44,989 bases of DNA from a virus (Duplodnaviria; Heunggongvirae; Uroviricota; Caudoviricetes): IMG/VR virus record IMGVR_UViG_2872703611_000005. The stretch is one strand, 5' to 3'. The notes beneath the pieces were generated by a model. That model was given only the letters and a program-made list of their open reading frames with translations, was not told where the DNA came from and ran no database searches. How positions within the stretch are numbered: position 1 is the stretch's first letter; each line of letters begins with the position of its first letter. Shown piece after piece: positions 34,398-44,989 of the stretch. Position numbers and translations under genes: made by a program.

Positions 34398-35141
34398 ATG
34401 ACACAGACAGAATCAGCGATTCTGGCGCACGCCCGGCGATGTGCGCCAGCGGAGTCGTGCGGCTTCGTGGTAAGCACGCCGGAGGGGGAAAGATATTTCC
34501 CCTGCGCGAATATCTCCGGTGAGCCGGAGGCGTATTTCCGTATGTCGCCGGAAGACTGGCTGCAGGCAGAAATGCAGGGTGAGATTGTGGCGCTGGTCCA
34601 CAGCCACCCCGGTGGTCTGCCCTGGCTGAGTGAGGCCGACCGGCGGCTGCAGGTGCAGAGTGATTTGCCGTGGTGGCTGGTCTGCCGGGGGACGATTCAT
34701 AAGTTCCGCTGTGTGCCGCATCTCACCGGGCGGCGCTTTGAGCACGGTGTGACGGACTGTTACACACTGTTCCGGGATGCTTATCATCTGGCGGGGATTG
34801 AGATGCCGGATTTTTATCGCGGGGATGACTGGTGGCGTCACGGTCAGAATCTCTATCTTGACAATATGGAGGCGACTGGTTTTTACCGTGTCCCACTGAC
34901 AGAGGCGCAGCCTGGCGATGTGCTGCTGTGCTGCTTTGGTTCATCGGTGCCGAATCATGCCGCCATTTACTGCGGCGACGGTGAGCTGCTGCACCATATT
35001 CCTGAACAACTGAGTAAACGAGAGAGGTATACCGACAAATGGCAGCGACGCACACACTCCCTCTGGCGTCACCGGGAATGGCACGCATCTGCCTTTACGG
35101 GGATTTGCAACGATTTGGCCGCCGCATCGACCTTCGTGTGA
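34398..35141 (+). CDS. K: Tail tip assembly protein K (JAB/MPN plus NlpC/P60 domains)
   Basis: 247 aa; HSHP JAMM-like motif and a Cys/His peptidase-like C-terminal half; lambda gpK-like. Confidence 0.85.
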   Translation: MTQTESAILAHARRCAPAESCGFVVSTPEGERYFPCANISGEPEAYFRMSPEDWLQAEMQGEIVALVHSHPGGLPWLSEADRRLQVQSDLPWWLVCRGTIHKFRCVPHLTGRRFEHGVTDCYTLFRDAYHLAGIEMPDFYRGDDWWRHGQNLYLDNMEATGFYRVPLTEAQPGDVLLCCFGSSVPNHAAIYCGDGELLHHIPEQLSKRERYTDKWQRRTHSLWRHREWHASAFTGICNDLAAASTFV

Positions 35142-35680
35142 AAACGGGGGCCGAAGCCATCCGGGCGCTGGCCATGCAGATCCCGGCGTTTCGTCAGAAG
35201 CTGAGCGACGGCTGGTATCAGGTACGCATTGCCGGGCGTGATGCAGGTGAAACCGAATTGTCTGCCCGTCTTAATGAGCCGCTGGAAAATGGTGCCGTGA
35301 TCCATATCGTGCCGCGTCTGGCAGGAGCCAAAAGTGGCGGTGTGTTTCAGGCTGTGCTGGGGGCGGCTGTTATGGCGGTTGCTATATGGATGCCGGGGGT
35401 AGGAATTATGGCGAGTAATCTGCTGTTTTCTCTCGGTGCCAGTATGGTGCTCGGTGGTGTGGCGCAGATGCTGGCACCGAAAGCCAGAACTCCCCGTACA
35501 CAGACAACGGATAACGGCAAACAGAACACCTATTTCTCCTCACTGGATAACATGGTTGCCCAGGGCAATGTTCTGCCTGTTCTGTACGGTGAAATGCGCG
35601 TGGGGTCACGTGTGGTTTCTCAGGAGATCAGCACGGCAGACGAAGGGGATGGTGGTCAGGTTGTGGTGATTGGTCGCTGA
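35039..35680 (+). CDS. I: Tail assembly protein I
   Basis: 213 aa; MAATHTLPLASPGMARICLYGDLQRFGRRIDLRV... and C-terminal ...NVLPVLYGEMRVGSRVVSQEISTADEGDGGQVVVIGR as lambda gpI; 5' end overlaps K. Confidence 0.85.
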   Translation: MAATHTLPLASPGMARICLYGDLQRFGRRIDLRVKTGAEAIRALAMQIPAFRQKLSDGWYQVRIAGRDAGETELSARLNEPLENGAVIHIVPRLAGAKSGGVFQAVLGAAVMAVAIWMPGVGIMASNLLFSLGASMVLGGVAQMLAPKARTPRTQTTDNGKQNTYFSSLDNMVAQGNVLPVLYGEMRVGSRVVSQEISTADEGDGGQVVVIGR

Positions 35681-35740
35681 TGCAAAATGTTTTATGTGAA
35701 ACCGCCTCCGGGCGGTTTTGTCGTTTATGGAGCGTGAGGA

Positions 35741-38700
35741 ATGGGTAAAGGCAGCAGTAAGGGGCATACCCCGCGCGAAGCAAAGGACAACCTGAAGTCC
35801 ACGCAGTTGCTGAGTGTGATCGATGCCATCAGCGAAGGGCCGGTTGAAGGTCCGGTGGATGGATTAAAAAGCGTGCTGCTGAACAGTACACCGGTGCTGG
35901 ACAGTGAGGGGAATACTAACATCTCTGGTGTCACGGTGGTGTTCCGGGCAGGTGAGCAGGAACAGACACCGCCGGAGGGATTTGAATCATCAGGTTCCGA
36001 GACGGTACTGGGTACGGAAGTGAAATACGACACGCCGATTACCCGGACCATCACGTCGGCAAACATCGACCGTCTGCGCTTTACCTTCGGTGTGCAGGCA
36101 CTGGTGGAAACCACCTCAAAGGGGGACCGGAATCCGTCGGAAGTTCGCCTGCTGGTTCAGATACAGCGTAATGGTGGCTGGGTGACGGAAAAAGACATCA
36201 CCATTAAGGGCAAAACCACCTCGCAGTATCTGGCCTCGGTGGTGGTGGATAACCTGCCGCCGCGCCCGTTTAATATCCGGATGCGCAGAATGACGCCGGA
36301 CAGCACCACAGACCAGCTGCAGAACAAAACGCTCTGGTCGTCATACACCGAAATCATCGATGTGAAACAGTGCTACCCGAACACGGCACTGGTCGGCGTA
36401 CAGGTGGATTCGGAGCAGTTCGGCAGCCAGCAGGTGAGCCGTAATTATCATCTGCGCGGGCGTATTCTGCAGGTGCCGTCGAACTATAACCCGCAGACTC
36501 GGCAATACAGCGGTATCTGGGACGGAACGTTTAAGCCAGCATACAGCAATAACATGGCCTGGTGTCTGTGGGATATGCTGACCCATCCACGCTACGGCAT
36601 GGGGAAACGTCTTGGTGCGGCGGATGTGGACAAATGGGCGCTGTATGTCATCGGGCAGTACTGCGACCAGATGGTGCCGGATGGCTTCGGGGGCACCGAG
36701 CCGCGGATGACCTTCAATGCGTACCTGGCACAACAGCGTAAGGCGTGGGATGTTCTCAGTGATTTCTGCTCGGCGATGCGCTGTATGCCGGTATGGAACG
36801 GCCAGATGCTGACGTTTGTTCAGGACCGCCTGTCGGATGTGGTGTGGCCGTACACCAACAGCGATGTGGTGGTGGATGATAACGGCGTGGGGTTCCGCTA
36901 CAGCTTCAGTGCCCTGAAGGACCGGCACACGGCGGTGGAGGTGAATTACACCGACCCGCAGAACGGCTGGCAGACCTCCACGGAGCTGGTGGAAGACCCG
37001 GAAGCCATACTGCGCTACGGGCGCAATCTGCTGAAGATGGACGCGTTCGGCTGTACCAGCCGCGGTCAGGCCCACCGTGCCGGACTGTGGGTGATAAAGA
37101 CCGAACTGCTGGAAACGCAGACGGTGGATTTCACGCTCGGGTCTCAGGGGCTGCGGCACACACCCGGTGACATTATTGAAATCTGTGATAATGACTATGC
37201 CGGGACCCTGACCGGCGGACGTGTCCTGTCCATTGATGCTGCCACCCGCACCCTGACGCTGGACCGTGAGGTTACCCTGCCGGAGACCGGTGCCGCCACG
37301 GTGAACCTGATTAACGGCAGCGGTAAGCCGGTGAGTGTGGACATCACCGAACACCCCGCGCCGGACCGGATACAGGTCAGTACCCTGCCTGATGGTGTGG
37401 AGACATACGGGGTGTGGGGACTCTCCCTGCCGTCACTGCGCCGTCGCCTGTTCCGCTGTGTCTCCATCCGGGAAAACACGGACGGCACCTTTGCCATCAC
37501 GGCGGTGCAGCACGTACCGGAAAAAGAAGCCATCGTGGATAACGGTGCCCGCTTTGAGCCGCAGTCAGGTTCCCTGAACAGCGTCATCCCACCGGCAGTG
37601 CAGCACCTGACGGTGGAGGTGAGCGCAGCTGACGGCCAGTATCTGGCGCAGGCGAAATGGGACACGCCGCGGGTGGTGAAGGGTGTGCGCTTCAGTCTGC
37701 GCCTGACCAGTGGTAAGGGAACGGATGCCAGACTGGTGACCACCGCCATCACCGCAGACACGGAGCACCGTTTCAGCGGCCTGCCGCTCGGGGAATACAC
37801 CCTGACGGTGCGGGCGATAAACAGCTATGGCCAGCAGGGTGAACCTGCCACCACCACCTTCCGGATTGCCGCACCGGCAGCACCGTCGCGGATTGAGCTG
37901 ACGCCGGGCTATTTTCAGATAACCGCCACGCCGCATCTTGCCGTTTATGACCCGACGGTACAGTTTGAGTTCTGGTTCTCGGAAAAGCGGATTGCGGATA
38001 TCAGGCAGGTTGAAACCGCAGCCCGCTATCTTGGCTCGGCGCTGTACTGGATAGCTGCCAGTATCAATATCAAACCGGGCCATGATTATTATTTTTATAT
38101 CCGCAGTGTGAATACTGTTGGCAAATCGGCATTTGTGGAGGCTGTTGGCCAGCCGAGTGATGATGCATCCGGCTATCTGGATTTTTTCAAAGGAGAGATA
38201 GGGAAAACCCATCTGGCTCAGGAGCTGTGGACGCAGATTGATAACGGTCAGCTTGCGCCTGACCTGGCTGAAATCAGGACGTCCATTACGGATGTCAGCA
38301 ATGAAATCACGCAGACCGTCAATAAAAAACTGGAAGACCAGAGTGCAGCGATCCAGCAGATACAGAAGGTTCAGGTTGATACAAATAATAATCTGAACAG
38401 CATGTGGGCTGTGAAGCTGCAGCAGATGCAGGACGGACGCCTTTATATTGCGGGTATCGGTGCCGGTATTGAGAACACCCCCGACGGCATGCAGAGTCAG
38501 GTGCTGCTGGCGGCAGACAGGATTGCGATGATTAATCCTGCAAATGGCAACACAAAACCGATGTTTGTTGGTCAGGGTGATCAGATATTCATGAACGAAG
38601 TGTTCCTGAAATACCTGACGGCTCCCACCATTACCAGCGGCGGTAATCCTCCGGCATTTTCCCTGACACCGGACGGGCGGCTGACGGCGAAAAATGCCGA

Positions 38701-39214
38701 TATCAGCGGTAACGTGAATGCGAACTCCGGGACGCTCAACAACGTCACGATTAACGAGAACTGTCGGGTTCTGGGAAAATTGTCCGCCAACCAGATTGAA
38801 GGCGATCTCGTTAAAACAGTGGGCAAAGCTTTCCCCCGGGACTCCCGTGCACCGGAACGGTGGCCATCAGGGACCATCACCGTCAGGGTTTATGACGATC
38901 AGCCGTTTGACCGGCAGATTGTTATTCCGGCGGTGGCATTCAGCGGCGCTAAACATGAGCGGGAGAATAACGATATTTATTCGTCATGCCGCCTGATAGT
39001 ACGGAAAAACGGTGCTGAAATTTATAACCGTACCGCGCTGGATAATACGCTGATTTACAGTGGTGTTATTGATATGCCAGCTGGTCGCGGCCACATGACG
39101 CTGGAGTTTTCGGTGTCAGCATGGCTGGTGAATAACTGGTATCCCACAGCAAGTATCAGCGATTTGCTGGTTGTGGTGATGAAGAAAGCCACCGCAGGCA
39201 TCAGTATCAGCTGA
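35741..39214 (+). CDS. J: Central tail fibre / host specificity protein J
   Basis: 1157 aa; N-terminus [34 protein letters not shown]... as lambda gpJ. Confidence 0.9.
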   Translation: MGKGSSKGHTPREAKDNLKSTQLLSVIDAISEGPVEGPVDGLKSVLLNSTPVLDSEGNTNISGVTVVFRAGEQEQTPPEGFESSGSETVLGTEVKYDTPITRTITSANIDRLRFTFGVQALVETTSKGDRNPSEVRLLVQIQRNGGWVTEKDITIKGKTTSQYLASVVVDNLPPRPFNIRMRRMTPDSTTDQLQNKTLWSSYTEIIDVKQCYPNTALVGVQVDSEQFGSQQVSRNYHLRGRILQVPSNYNPQTRQYSGIWDGTFKPAYSNNMAWCLWDMLTHPRYGMGKRLGAADVDKWALYVIGQYCDQMVPDGFGGTEPRMTFNAYLAQQRKAWDVLSDFCSAMRCMPVWNGQMLTFVQDRLSDVVWPYTNSDVVVDDNGVGFRYSFSALKDRHTAVEVNYTDPQNGWQTSTELVEDPEAILRYGRNLLKMDAFGCTSRGQAHRAGLWVIKTELLETQTVDFTLGSQGLRHTPGDIIEICDNDYAGTLTGGRVLSIDAATRTLTLDREVTLPETGAATVNLINGSGKPVSVDITEHPAPDRIQVSTLPDGVETYGVWGLSLPSLRRRLFRCVSIRENTDGTFAITAVQHVPEKEAIVDNGARFEPQSGSLNSVIPPAVQHLTVEVSAADGQYLAQAKWDTPRVVKGVRFSLRLTSGKGTDARLVTTAITADTEHRFSGLPLGEYTLTVRAINSYGQQGEPATTTFRIAAPAAPSRIELTPGYFQITATPHLAVYDPTVQFEFWFSEKRIADIRQVETAARYLGSALYWIAASINIKPGHDYYFYIRSVNTVGKSAFVEAVGQPSDDASGYLDFFKGEIGKTHLAQELWTQIDNGQLAPDLAEIRTSITDVSNEITQTVNKKLEDQSAAIQQIQKVQVDTNNNLNSMWAVKLQQMQDGRLYIAGIGAGIENTPDGMQSQVLLAADRIAMINPANGNTKPMFVGQGDQIFMNEVFLKYLTAPTITSGGNPPAFSLTPDGRLTAKNADISGNVNANSGTLNNVTINENCRVLGKLSANQIEGDLVKTVGKAFPRDSRAPERWPSGTITVRVYDDQPFDRQIVIPAVAFSGAKHERENNDIYSSCRLIVRKNGAEIYNRTALDNTLIYSGVIDMPAGRGHMTLEFSVSAWLVNNWYPTASISDLLVVVMKKATAGISIS

Positions 39215-39233
39215 ATTTTATAACCCATATACG

Positions 39234-39258
39234 GGCGCCAGAAATGGCGCCTTTTTTA
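39234..39258 (+). terminator. Intrinsic terminator after J
   Basis: GGCGCCAGAAATGGCGCC followed by TTTTTT. Confidence 0.7.
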
Positions 39259-39281
39259 TTGCAGAAAAGCGAGAGGTAATT

Positions 39282-39881
39282 ATGCGTAAAGTTTGTGCAG
39301 TCATTTTGTCCGCAGCCATCTGTCTGTCCGTATCCGGTGCGCCTGCATGGGCGTCTGAACATCAGTCCACACTGAGCGCGGGGTATCTTCATGCCCGTAC
39401 GAACGCTCCCGGCAGCGATAATCTGAACGGGATTAACGTGAAATACCGTTATGAGTTTACGGACGCGCTGGGGCTGATTACGTCCTTCAGTTATGCCAAT
39501 GCTGAGGATGAGCAAAAAACGCACTACAGCGATACCCGCTGGCATGAAGATTCCGTGCGTAACCGCTGGTTCAGCGTGATGGCGGGGCCGTCTGTACGCG
39601 TGAATGAATGGTTCAGCGCGTATGCGATGGCGGGTGTAGCTTACAGCCGTGTGTCGACTTTCTCCGGGGATTATCTTCGCGTAACTGACAACAAGGGGAA
39701 AAAGCACGATGTGCTGACCGGAAGTGATGACGGTCGTCACAGCAACACGTCTCTGGCGTGGGGGGCTGGCGTGCAGTTTAACCCGACCGAATCCGTGGCC
39801 ATTGATATTGCTTATGAAGGCTCCGGCAGTGGTGACTGGCGCACTGACGGTTTCATCGTGGGTGTCGGTTATAAATTCTGA
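39282..39881 (+). CDS. lom: Outer membrane protein Lom (Ail/Lom/OmpX family)
   Basis: 199 aa with signal peptide and beta-barrel pattern ending ...GFIVGVGYKF; position after J as in lambda. Confidence 0.85.
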   Translation: MRKVCAVILSAAICLSVSGAPAWASEHQSTLSAGYLHARTNAPGSDNLNGINVKYRYEFTDALGLITSFSYANAEDEQKTHYSDTRWHEDSVRNRWFSVMAGPSVRVNEWFSAYAMAGVAYSRVSTFSGDYLRVTDNKGKKHDVLTGSDDGRHSNTSLAWGAGVQFNPTESVAIDIAYEGSGSGDWRTDGFIVGVGYKF

Positions 39882-39907
39882 TTAGCCAGGTAACACAGTG
39901 TTATGAC

Positions 39908-39935
39908 AGCCCGCCGGTTCAGGCGGGCTTTTTTG
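39908..39935 (+). terminator. Intrinsic terminator after lom
   Basis: AGCCCGCCGGTTCAGGCGGGCT followed by TTTTTTG. Confidence 0.7.
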
Positions 39936-39945
39936 TGGGGTGAAT

Positions 39946-42900
39946 ATGGCAGTAAAGATTTCAGGTGTACTGAAAGACGGCACAGGAAAACCGGTACAGA
40001 ACTGCACAATCCAGCTGAAAGCAAAACGTAACAGTACCACGGTGGTGGTGAACACGCTGGCCTCAGAAAATCCGGATGAAGCCGGGCGTTACAGTATGGA
40101 CGTTGAGTACGGTCAGTACAGCGTTATTCTGTTGGTGGAAGGATTCCCGCCGTCACATGCCGGGACCATCACAGTGTATGAAGATTCCCGACCCGGTACG
40201 CTGAATGATTTTCTCGGTGCCATGACGGAGGATGATGCCCGTCCGGAGGCACTGCGCCGTTTTGAGCTGATGGTGGAAGAGGTGGCGCGTAACGCGTCCG
40301 TGGTGGCACAGAACACGGCAGCCGCAAAGAAGTCAGCCAGTGATGCCGGCACATCTGCCAGTGAGGCGGCAACCCATGCGACTGATGCTGCAGGCTCAGC
40401 ACGCGCAGCCAGCACGTCAGCCGGACAGGCCGCGTCGTCGGCTCAGTCAGCATCTTCCAGCGCAGGAACGGCATCAACAAAGGCCAGTGAAGCATCGAAA
40501 AGTGCTGCTGCTGCAGAGTCCTCAAAAAGCGCGGCAGCTACCAGTGCCGCTGCGGCGAAAACGTCAGAAACGAATGCGGCAGCGTCACAACAATCAGCAG
40601 CCACTTCTGCATCCGCCGCGACCACGAAGGCGTCAGAAGCAGCCACCTCAGCCCGGGATGCGGCGGTCTCAAAAGAGGCAGCGAAATCATCAGAAACGAA
40701 CGCATCATCAAGCGCCAGTAGTGCCGCTTCCTCGGCAACGGCGGCAGGCAATTCCGCGAAGGCGGCAAAAACGTCTGAGACAAACGCCAGGTCTTCTGAA
40801 ACGGCAGCGGGACAGAGCGCCTCGGCTGCGGCAGGCTCAAAAACAGCGGCTGCGTCGTCTGCCAGTGCCGCGTCAACAAGTGCCGGGCAGGCCTCAGCCA
40901 GTGCCACCGCCGCCGGAAAATCGGCAGAAAGTGCCGCATCGTCTGCTTCAACAGCCACAACGAAGGCTGGCGAAGCCACTGAACAGGCCAGCGCAGCAGC
41001 GAGGTCTGCTTCCGCAGCGAAGACATCCGAGACGAACGCGAAAGCGTCGGAAACCAGCGCAGAATCCTCAAAAACGGCTGCCGCATCGTCCGCCAGTTCG
41101 GCGGCGTCATCGGCATCATCGGCGTCTGCTTCAAAAGATGAGGCGACCAGACAAGCGTCCGCAGCGAAGGGCAGCGCCACGACAGCATCCACGAAGGCGA
41201 CAGAGGCAGCTGGCAGTGCGACGGCGGCAGCACAGAGCAAAAGTACGGCGGAATCCGCGGCAACGCGCGCCGAGACAGCGGCAAAACGGGCAGAGGATAT
41301 TGCATCCGCCGTGGCGCTTGAGGATGCAAGTACGACGAAAAAGGGGATAGTACAGCTCAGCAGTGCGACCAACAGTACGTCTGAAACGCTGGCGGCAACG
41401 CCAAAGGCAGTAAAATCAGCCTATGACAATGCAGAGAAACGTCTGCAGAAAGACCAGAACGGCGCTGATATACCCGATAAGGGACGCTTCCTGAACAACA
41501 TTAACGCGGTCAGTAAAACAGACTTTGCTGATAAGCGTGGTATGCGTTATGTGCGGGTTAACGCTCCTGCAGGTGCAATATCTGGAAAATATTACCCTGT
41601 TGTTGTTATGCGTTCTGCTGGCTCAGTAAGCGAACTGGCATCAAGGGTCATTATCACCACGGCAACGCGAGCCGCAGGCGATCCGATGAATAACTGCGAG
41701 TTTAACGGATTTGTTATGCCAGCCGGATGGACTGACAGGGGGCGTTATGCTTATGGAATGTTCTGGCAATATCAAAACAATGAACGAGCCATCCACTCAA
41801 TAATGATGAGTAATAAGGGCGATGATTTGCGCTCTGTGTTCTATGTTGATGGCGCTGCTTTCCCTGTTTTTGCGTTTATCGAAGATGGCCTGTCAATATC
41901 CGCACCTGGTGCTGATCTCGTTGTTAATGATACGACCTATAAGTTTGGGGCAACAAATCCGGCGACTGAATGTATCGCGGCGGACGTTATCCTTGATTTT
42001 AAGAGTGGGCGTGGTTTTTATGAGTCTCATTCGTTAATCGTTAACGATAACTTGTCGTGCAAAAAACTTTTTGCCACAGACGAAATTGTAGCGCGTGGTG
42101 GTAATCAGATTCGAATGATAGGTGGGGAGTATGGGGCATTATGGCGTAATGATGGCGCTAAAACTTACCTGCTGCTTACCAATCAAGGTGATGTTTATGG
42201 TGGCTGGAATACATTAAGACCGTTTGCTATTGATAACGCAACCGGCGAACTGGTTATTGGAACCAAACTGTCTGCAAGTCTGAACGGTAACGCATTGACA
42301 GCAACAAAGCTGCAAACGCCAAGACGGGTTTCTGGGATTGAGTTTGATGGTTCCAGAGATATTACTTTAACCGCCGCGCATGTGGCTGCTTTTGCCAGAA
42401 GGGCAACGGATACATATGCCGATGCGGATGGTGGCGTTCCCTGGAATGCCGAATCAGGCGCTTATAATGTCACCCGCTCTGGCTACAGCTATATTCTGGT
42501 TAACTTCTATACCGGAGTCGGAAGTTGCCGGACCTTGCAGATGAAGGCGCATTACAGAAATGGTGGTCTGTTCTACCGTTCTTCAAGAGACGGTTATGGT
42601 TTTGAGGAAGACTGGGCAGAAGTTTATACCTCGAAAAATCTTCCACCAGAAAGCTACCCAGTCGGCGCACCAATCCCGTGGCCATCAGATACCGTTCCGT
42701 CTGGTTATGCCCTGATGCAGGGGCAGACTTTTAACAAATCTGCCTACCCGAAACTTGCAGCCGCTTATCCGTCAGGCGTGATCCCTGATATGCGTGGCTG
42801 GACGATTAAGGGCAAACCTGCCAGTGGTCGGGCCGTATTGTCTCAGGAACAGGACGGCATTAAATCGCATACCCACAGCGCCAGCGCATCCAGTACGGAT

Positions 42901-43359
42901 TTGGGTACGAAAACCACATCGTCGTTTGATTACGGCACTAAATCCACGAATAACACCGGGGCGCATACGCACAGTCTGAGTGGCTCTACGGGGTCTGCCG
43001 GTGTTCATACTCATGGTAATGGTATTCGTTGGCCAGGAGGCGGCGGTTCTGCGTTAGCATTTTATGATGGCGGTGGGTTCACTTATGTCCAGAATTCACA
43101 GTATCAAGTAAGCCCGGGGACTTCTTCCTATAGATCGTATTATCAACGTATTCAGACACAGTCAGCAGGTGCTCATACCCACTCGCTGTCTGGTACTGCA
43201 GCAAGTTCTGGCGCACATGCACATACTGTAGGTATTGGTGCGCATACGCACTCCGTTGCGATTGGTTCACATGGACACACCATCACCGTTAACGCTGCGG
43301 GTAACGCGGAAAACACCGTCAAAAACATCGCATTTAACTATATTGTGAGGCTTGCATAA
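39946..43359 (+). CDS. stf: Side tail fibre protein Stf (mosaic, extended)
   Basis: N-terminus [26 protein letters not shown]... and C-terminal His-x-His repeat region ending ...[11 protein letters not shown] match lambda Stf as I recall it; 1137 aa with a large central segment; ATG at 39940 also possible. Confidence 0.85.
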   Translation: MAVKISGVLKDGTGKPVQNCTIQLKAKRNSTTVVVNTLASENPDEAGRYSMDVEYGQYSVILLVEGFPPSHAGTITVYEDSRPGTLNDFLGAMTEDDARPEALRRFELMVEEVARNASVVAQNTAAAKKSASDAGTSASEAATHATDAAGSARAASTSAGQAASSAQSASSSAGTASTKASEASKSAAAAESSKSAAATSAAAAKTSETNAAASQQSAATSASAATTKASEAATSARDAAVSKEAAKSSETNASSSASSAASSATAAGNSAKAAKTSETNARSSETAAGQSASAAAGSKTAAASSASAASTSAGQASASATAAGKSAESAASSASTATTKAGEATEQASAAARSASAAKTSETNAKASETSAESSKTAAASSASSAASSASSASASKDEATRQASAAKGSATTASTKATEAAGSATAAAQSKSTAESAATRAETAAKRAEDIASAVALEDASTTKKGIVQLSSATNSTSETLAATPKAVKSAYDNAEKRLQKDQNGADIPDKGRFLNNINAVSKTDFADKRGMRYVRVNAPAGAISGKYYPVVVMRSAGSVSELASRVIITTATRAAGDPMNNCEFNGFVMPAGWTDRGRYAYGMFWQYQNNERAIHSIMMSNKGDDLRSVFYVDGAAFPVFAFIEDGLSISAPGADLVVNDTTYKFGATNPATECIAADVILDFKSGRGFYESHSLIVNDNLSCKKLFATDEIVARGGNQIRMIGGEYGALWRNDGAKTYLLLTNQGDVYGGWNTLRPFAIDNATGELVIGTKLSASLNGNALTATKLQTPRRVSGIEFDGSRDITLTAAHVAAFARRATDTYADADGGVPWNAESGAYNVTRSGYSYILVNFYTGVGSCRTLQMKAHYRNGGLFYRSSRDGYGFEEDWAEVYTSKNLPPESYPVGAPIPWPSDTVPSGYALMQGQTFNKSAYPKLAAAYPSGVIPDMRGWTIKGKPASGRAVLSQEQDGIKSHTHSASASSTDLGTKTTSSFDYGTKSTNNTGAHTHSLSGSTGSAGVHTHGNGIRWPGGGGSALAFYDGGGFTYVQNSQYQVSPGTSSYRSYYQRIQTQSAGAHTHSLSGTAASSGAHAHTVGIGAHTHSVAIGSHGHTITVNAAGNAENTVKNIAFNYIVRLA
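40300..41340 (+). repeat. Ala/Ser-rich low-complexity coding repeats inside stf (reiterated ...AAKTSETNA...SE... units)
   Basis: Repeated [18 protein letters not shown] units visible in the translation; generates spurious alternate-frame and antisense ORFs. Confidence 0.7.
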
Positions 43360-43943
43360 TGGCATTCAGAATGAGTGAACAAGCACGGACCATAAAAATT
43401 TATAATCTGCTGGCCGGAACTAATGAATTTATTGGTGAAGGTGACGCATATATTCCGCCTCATACAGGTCTGCCAGCAAACAGTACCGATATTGCACCAC
43501 CAGATATTCCTGCTGGCTTTGTGGCTGTTTTCAACAGTGATGAGGCATCGTGGCATCTCGTTGAAGACCATCGGGGTAAAACGGTTTATGACGTAGCGTC
43601 AGGGGACGAGTTATTTATTTCTGAACTCGGTCCGTTACCGGAAAATGTTACCTGGTTATCGCCGGAAGGGGAGTTTCAGAAGTGGAACGGCACAGCCTGG
43701 GTGAAGGATACGGAAGCAGAAAAACTGTTCCGGATCCGGGAGGCGGAAGAAACAAAAAACAACCTGATGCAGGTAGCCAGTGAGCATATTGCGCCGCTTC
43801 AGGATGCTGCAGATCTGGAAATTGCAACGGAGGAAGAAACCTCATTGCTGGAAGCCTGGAAAAAGTATCGGGTGTTGCTGAACCGTGTTGATACATCAAC
43901 TGCACCTGATATTGAGTGGCCTACGAACCCTGTCAGGGAGTAA
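43359..43943 (+). CDS. tfa: Tail fibre assembly protein Tfa
   Basis: 194 aa starting at ATG overlapping the stf stop (TAATG); lambda Tfa-like. Confidence 0.85.
   Translation: MAFRMSEQARTIKIYNLLAGTNEFIGEGDAYIPPHTGLPANSTDIAPPDIPAGFVAVFNSDEASWHLVEDHRGKTVYDVASGDELFISELGPLPENVTWLSPEGEFQKWNGTAWVKDTEAEKLFRIREAEETKNNLMQVASEHIAPLQDAADLEIATEEETSLLEAWKKYRVLLNRVDTSTAPDIEWPTNPVRE
43786..43943 (+). repeat. Direct repeat copy 1 (tfa 3' segment), paired with 44835-44989
   Basis: About 155 nt of close similarity between the 3' end of tfa and the 3' end of the downstream tfa fragment, flanking the methyltransferase gene. Confidence 0.7.
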
Positions 43944-43997
43944 TCATTGGGATTATGCCGCAGCACGTCTTAAGCAAGAACGTGCTGCGGTTGGATG

Positions 43998-44666
43998 CTA
44001 TTTTTTCCCTGAAGCGGAAAACATTACTACAGTACCTTGAACCTTGGTTTTAACATTCTCGAAATGCTCTGAGAGTATATGTGTTAAGCCTTCTTCGGAA
44101 TCTTTTGTGTTTGAAAAGATGCCTTTCTGATTGTAAATGCGCATCAGTTTTTGACCGAAGCTATTGTGCACAACTCCATCGCCAAGAATTGTGGCTCCGT
44201 ATAGAGTTCCATCGTCAGTTAAGGCCTGCGCCGCATTGCGTATTACACAGCTTTTTGTAGATATATTTCCAGGCAGGCAGTGAAGAAGGTAAAACATGGA
44301 AATGGAATCAAATTGACCATGTAACGCCGCGGGATAAGGTTCAAAAACATCATGGCTAATTTTATGTTTAATTTTTGATTCCCCAGCCCTTGTAGATGCC
44401 GCGTTCAGGCTAGCTTCGTTCAAATCCATTAAAGATATCAGACTACTCTCAGGTACGTGAGTAAGGTAAAACCCAGTTCCAACACCAATATCCAGATGGT
44501 TGTTACCTACATGTTCCAGAAAGTGTGGAAGAAGGTGTTCCTTTGTAGGACATCCCCATGCAAGCCGATTTGATACTCCCAAAACCCACCAGTCATAAAG
44601 CTTTAGGGTAAGTGGTGTGTAAATTTTAGCCCCATCATCTGTGTTTTTTTTCATTGATTTCACCAT
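43998..44666 (-). CDS. ybcY: Class I SAM-dependent methyltransferase (YbcY-like)
   Basis: 222 aa; SAM-binding motif I DIGVGTG; opposite strand, between tfa and a tfa fragment as ybcY in DLP12; lower GC than tail genes. Confidence 0.6.
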   Translation of the reverse strand: MVKSMKKNTDDGAKIYTPLTLKLYDWWVLGVSNRLAWGCPTKEHLLPHFLEHVGNNHLDIGVGTGFYLTHVPESSLISLMDLNEASLNAASTRAGESKIKHKISHDVFEPYPAALHGQFDSISMFYLLHCLPGNISTKSCVIRNAAQALTDDGTLYGATILGDGVVHNSFGQKLMRIYNQKGIFSNTKDSEEGLTHILSEHFENVKTKVQGTVVMFSASGKK

Positions 44667-44722
44667 GTTATAGTTTTATTTGTGAATTAAATCAATTATG
44701 GCGATGAATTACAAGGGGTTAA

Positions 44723-44989
44723 ATGCTGCCGCAGCATAGCGATATTGAAATAGCCTGGTATGCTTCGATACAGCAGGAGCCGAATGGCTGGAAGACCGTC
44801 ACCACACAGTTCTACATCCAGGAATTCAGTGAGTATATTGCGCCACTGCAGGATGCTGTAGATCTGGAAATCGCAACGGAGGAAGAAAGATCGTTGCTGG
44901 AGGCATGGAATAAATATCGGGTATTGTTGAATCGTGTTGATACATCAACTGCACCTGATATTGAGTGGCCGACTTCACCTGCAGAGTAA
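44723..44989 (+). CDS. Tail fibre assembly protein fragment (TfaX-like second copy)
   Basis: 88 aa; C-terminal about 50 aa nearly identical to the Tfa C-terminus ([43 protein letters not shown]). Confidence 0.6.
   Translation: MLPQHSDIEIAWYASIQQEPNGWKTVTTQFYIQEFSEYIAPLQDAVDLEIATEEERSLLEAWNKYRVLLNRVDTSTAPDIEWPTSPAE
44835..44989 (+). repeat. Direct repeat copy 2 (tfa 3' segment)
   Basis: See copy 1 at 43786-43943. Confidence 0.7.

Larger units (their letters stand above)
1..44989. mobile_element. Lambdoid prophage (lambda/DLP12/Qin-like mosaic), integrase through tail-fibre module; attachment sites not within window
   Basis: Canonical lambda gene order int-xis-early left-immunity-replication-nin-Q-lysis-terminase-head-tail-lom-stf-tfa; many ORFs recognisably lambda-like by translation. 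Confidence 0.9.

Noticed and set aside
35039-35141. About 100-nt overlap between K and I
   Set aside because: Both proteins match their lambda counterparts over the overlapping parts, so this appears to be the conserved lambda arrangement rather than an error or pseudogene.
36341-38212. Large antisense ORFs (337, 201 and 215 aa) inside J
   Set aside because: Embedded opposite-strand frames in a high-GC, well-supported structural gene; Arg/His-rich junk composition.
40113-41372. Long Arg/Pro-rich plus-strand ORF (40340-41350) and Ala/Asp-rich minus-strand ORFs overlapping the stf repeat region
   Set aside because: Alternate-frame and antisense artefacts of the GC-rich Ala/Ser repeat tract inside stf; implausible composition and no independent start signals.
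1-44989. CRISPR arrays, IS elements or integrons
   Set aside because: No regularly spaced short direct repeats and no transposase-like ORFs found; the only repeats are the coding low-complexity tract in stf and the tfa duplications.

Overview
This window is almost a complete lambdoid prophage of an Escherichia/Shigella-type genome, running from the integrase (position 1) to the tail-fibre module (window end); att sites are not in the window. The order is lambda-like: int-xis-exonuclease, a leftward dicB/DicF-type early operon, a DicA/DicC-type immunity switch, replication genes, a nin-like accessory region, Q, an orphan DNA methyltransferase, three tRNAs, lysis genes, terminase, head genes, the tail genes FII-Z-U-V-G-T-H-M-L-K-I-J, lom, stf, tfa, and a DLP12-like ybcY methyltransferase between two tfa copies. 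All calls rest on reading the ORF translations and sequence by eye and on recalled family signatures; no database search was run. The best candidates for undescribed biology are accessory insertions: an AT-rich two-gene module inside the dicB operon, a Doc/Fic-family toxin with an unrecognised small upstream partner next to a hok/sok locus, and a TerB-like gene with a small membrane ORF at the position where Stx phages carry stx. An in-frame amber codon also splits the tape-measure gene. I could not single out one of these as the definitive novel system.
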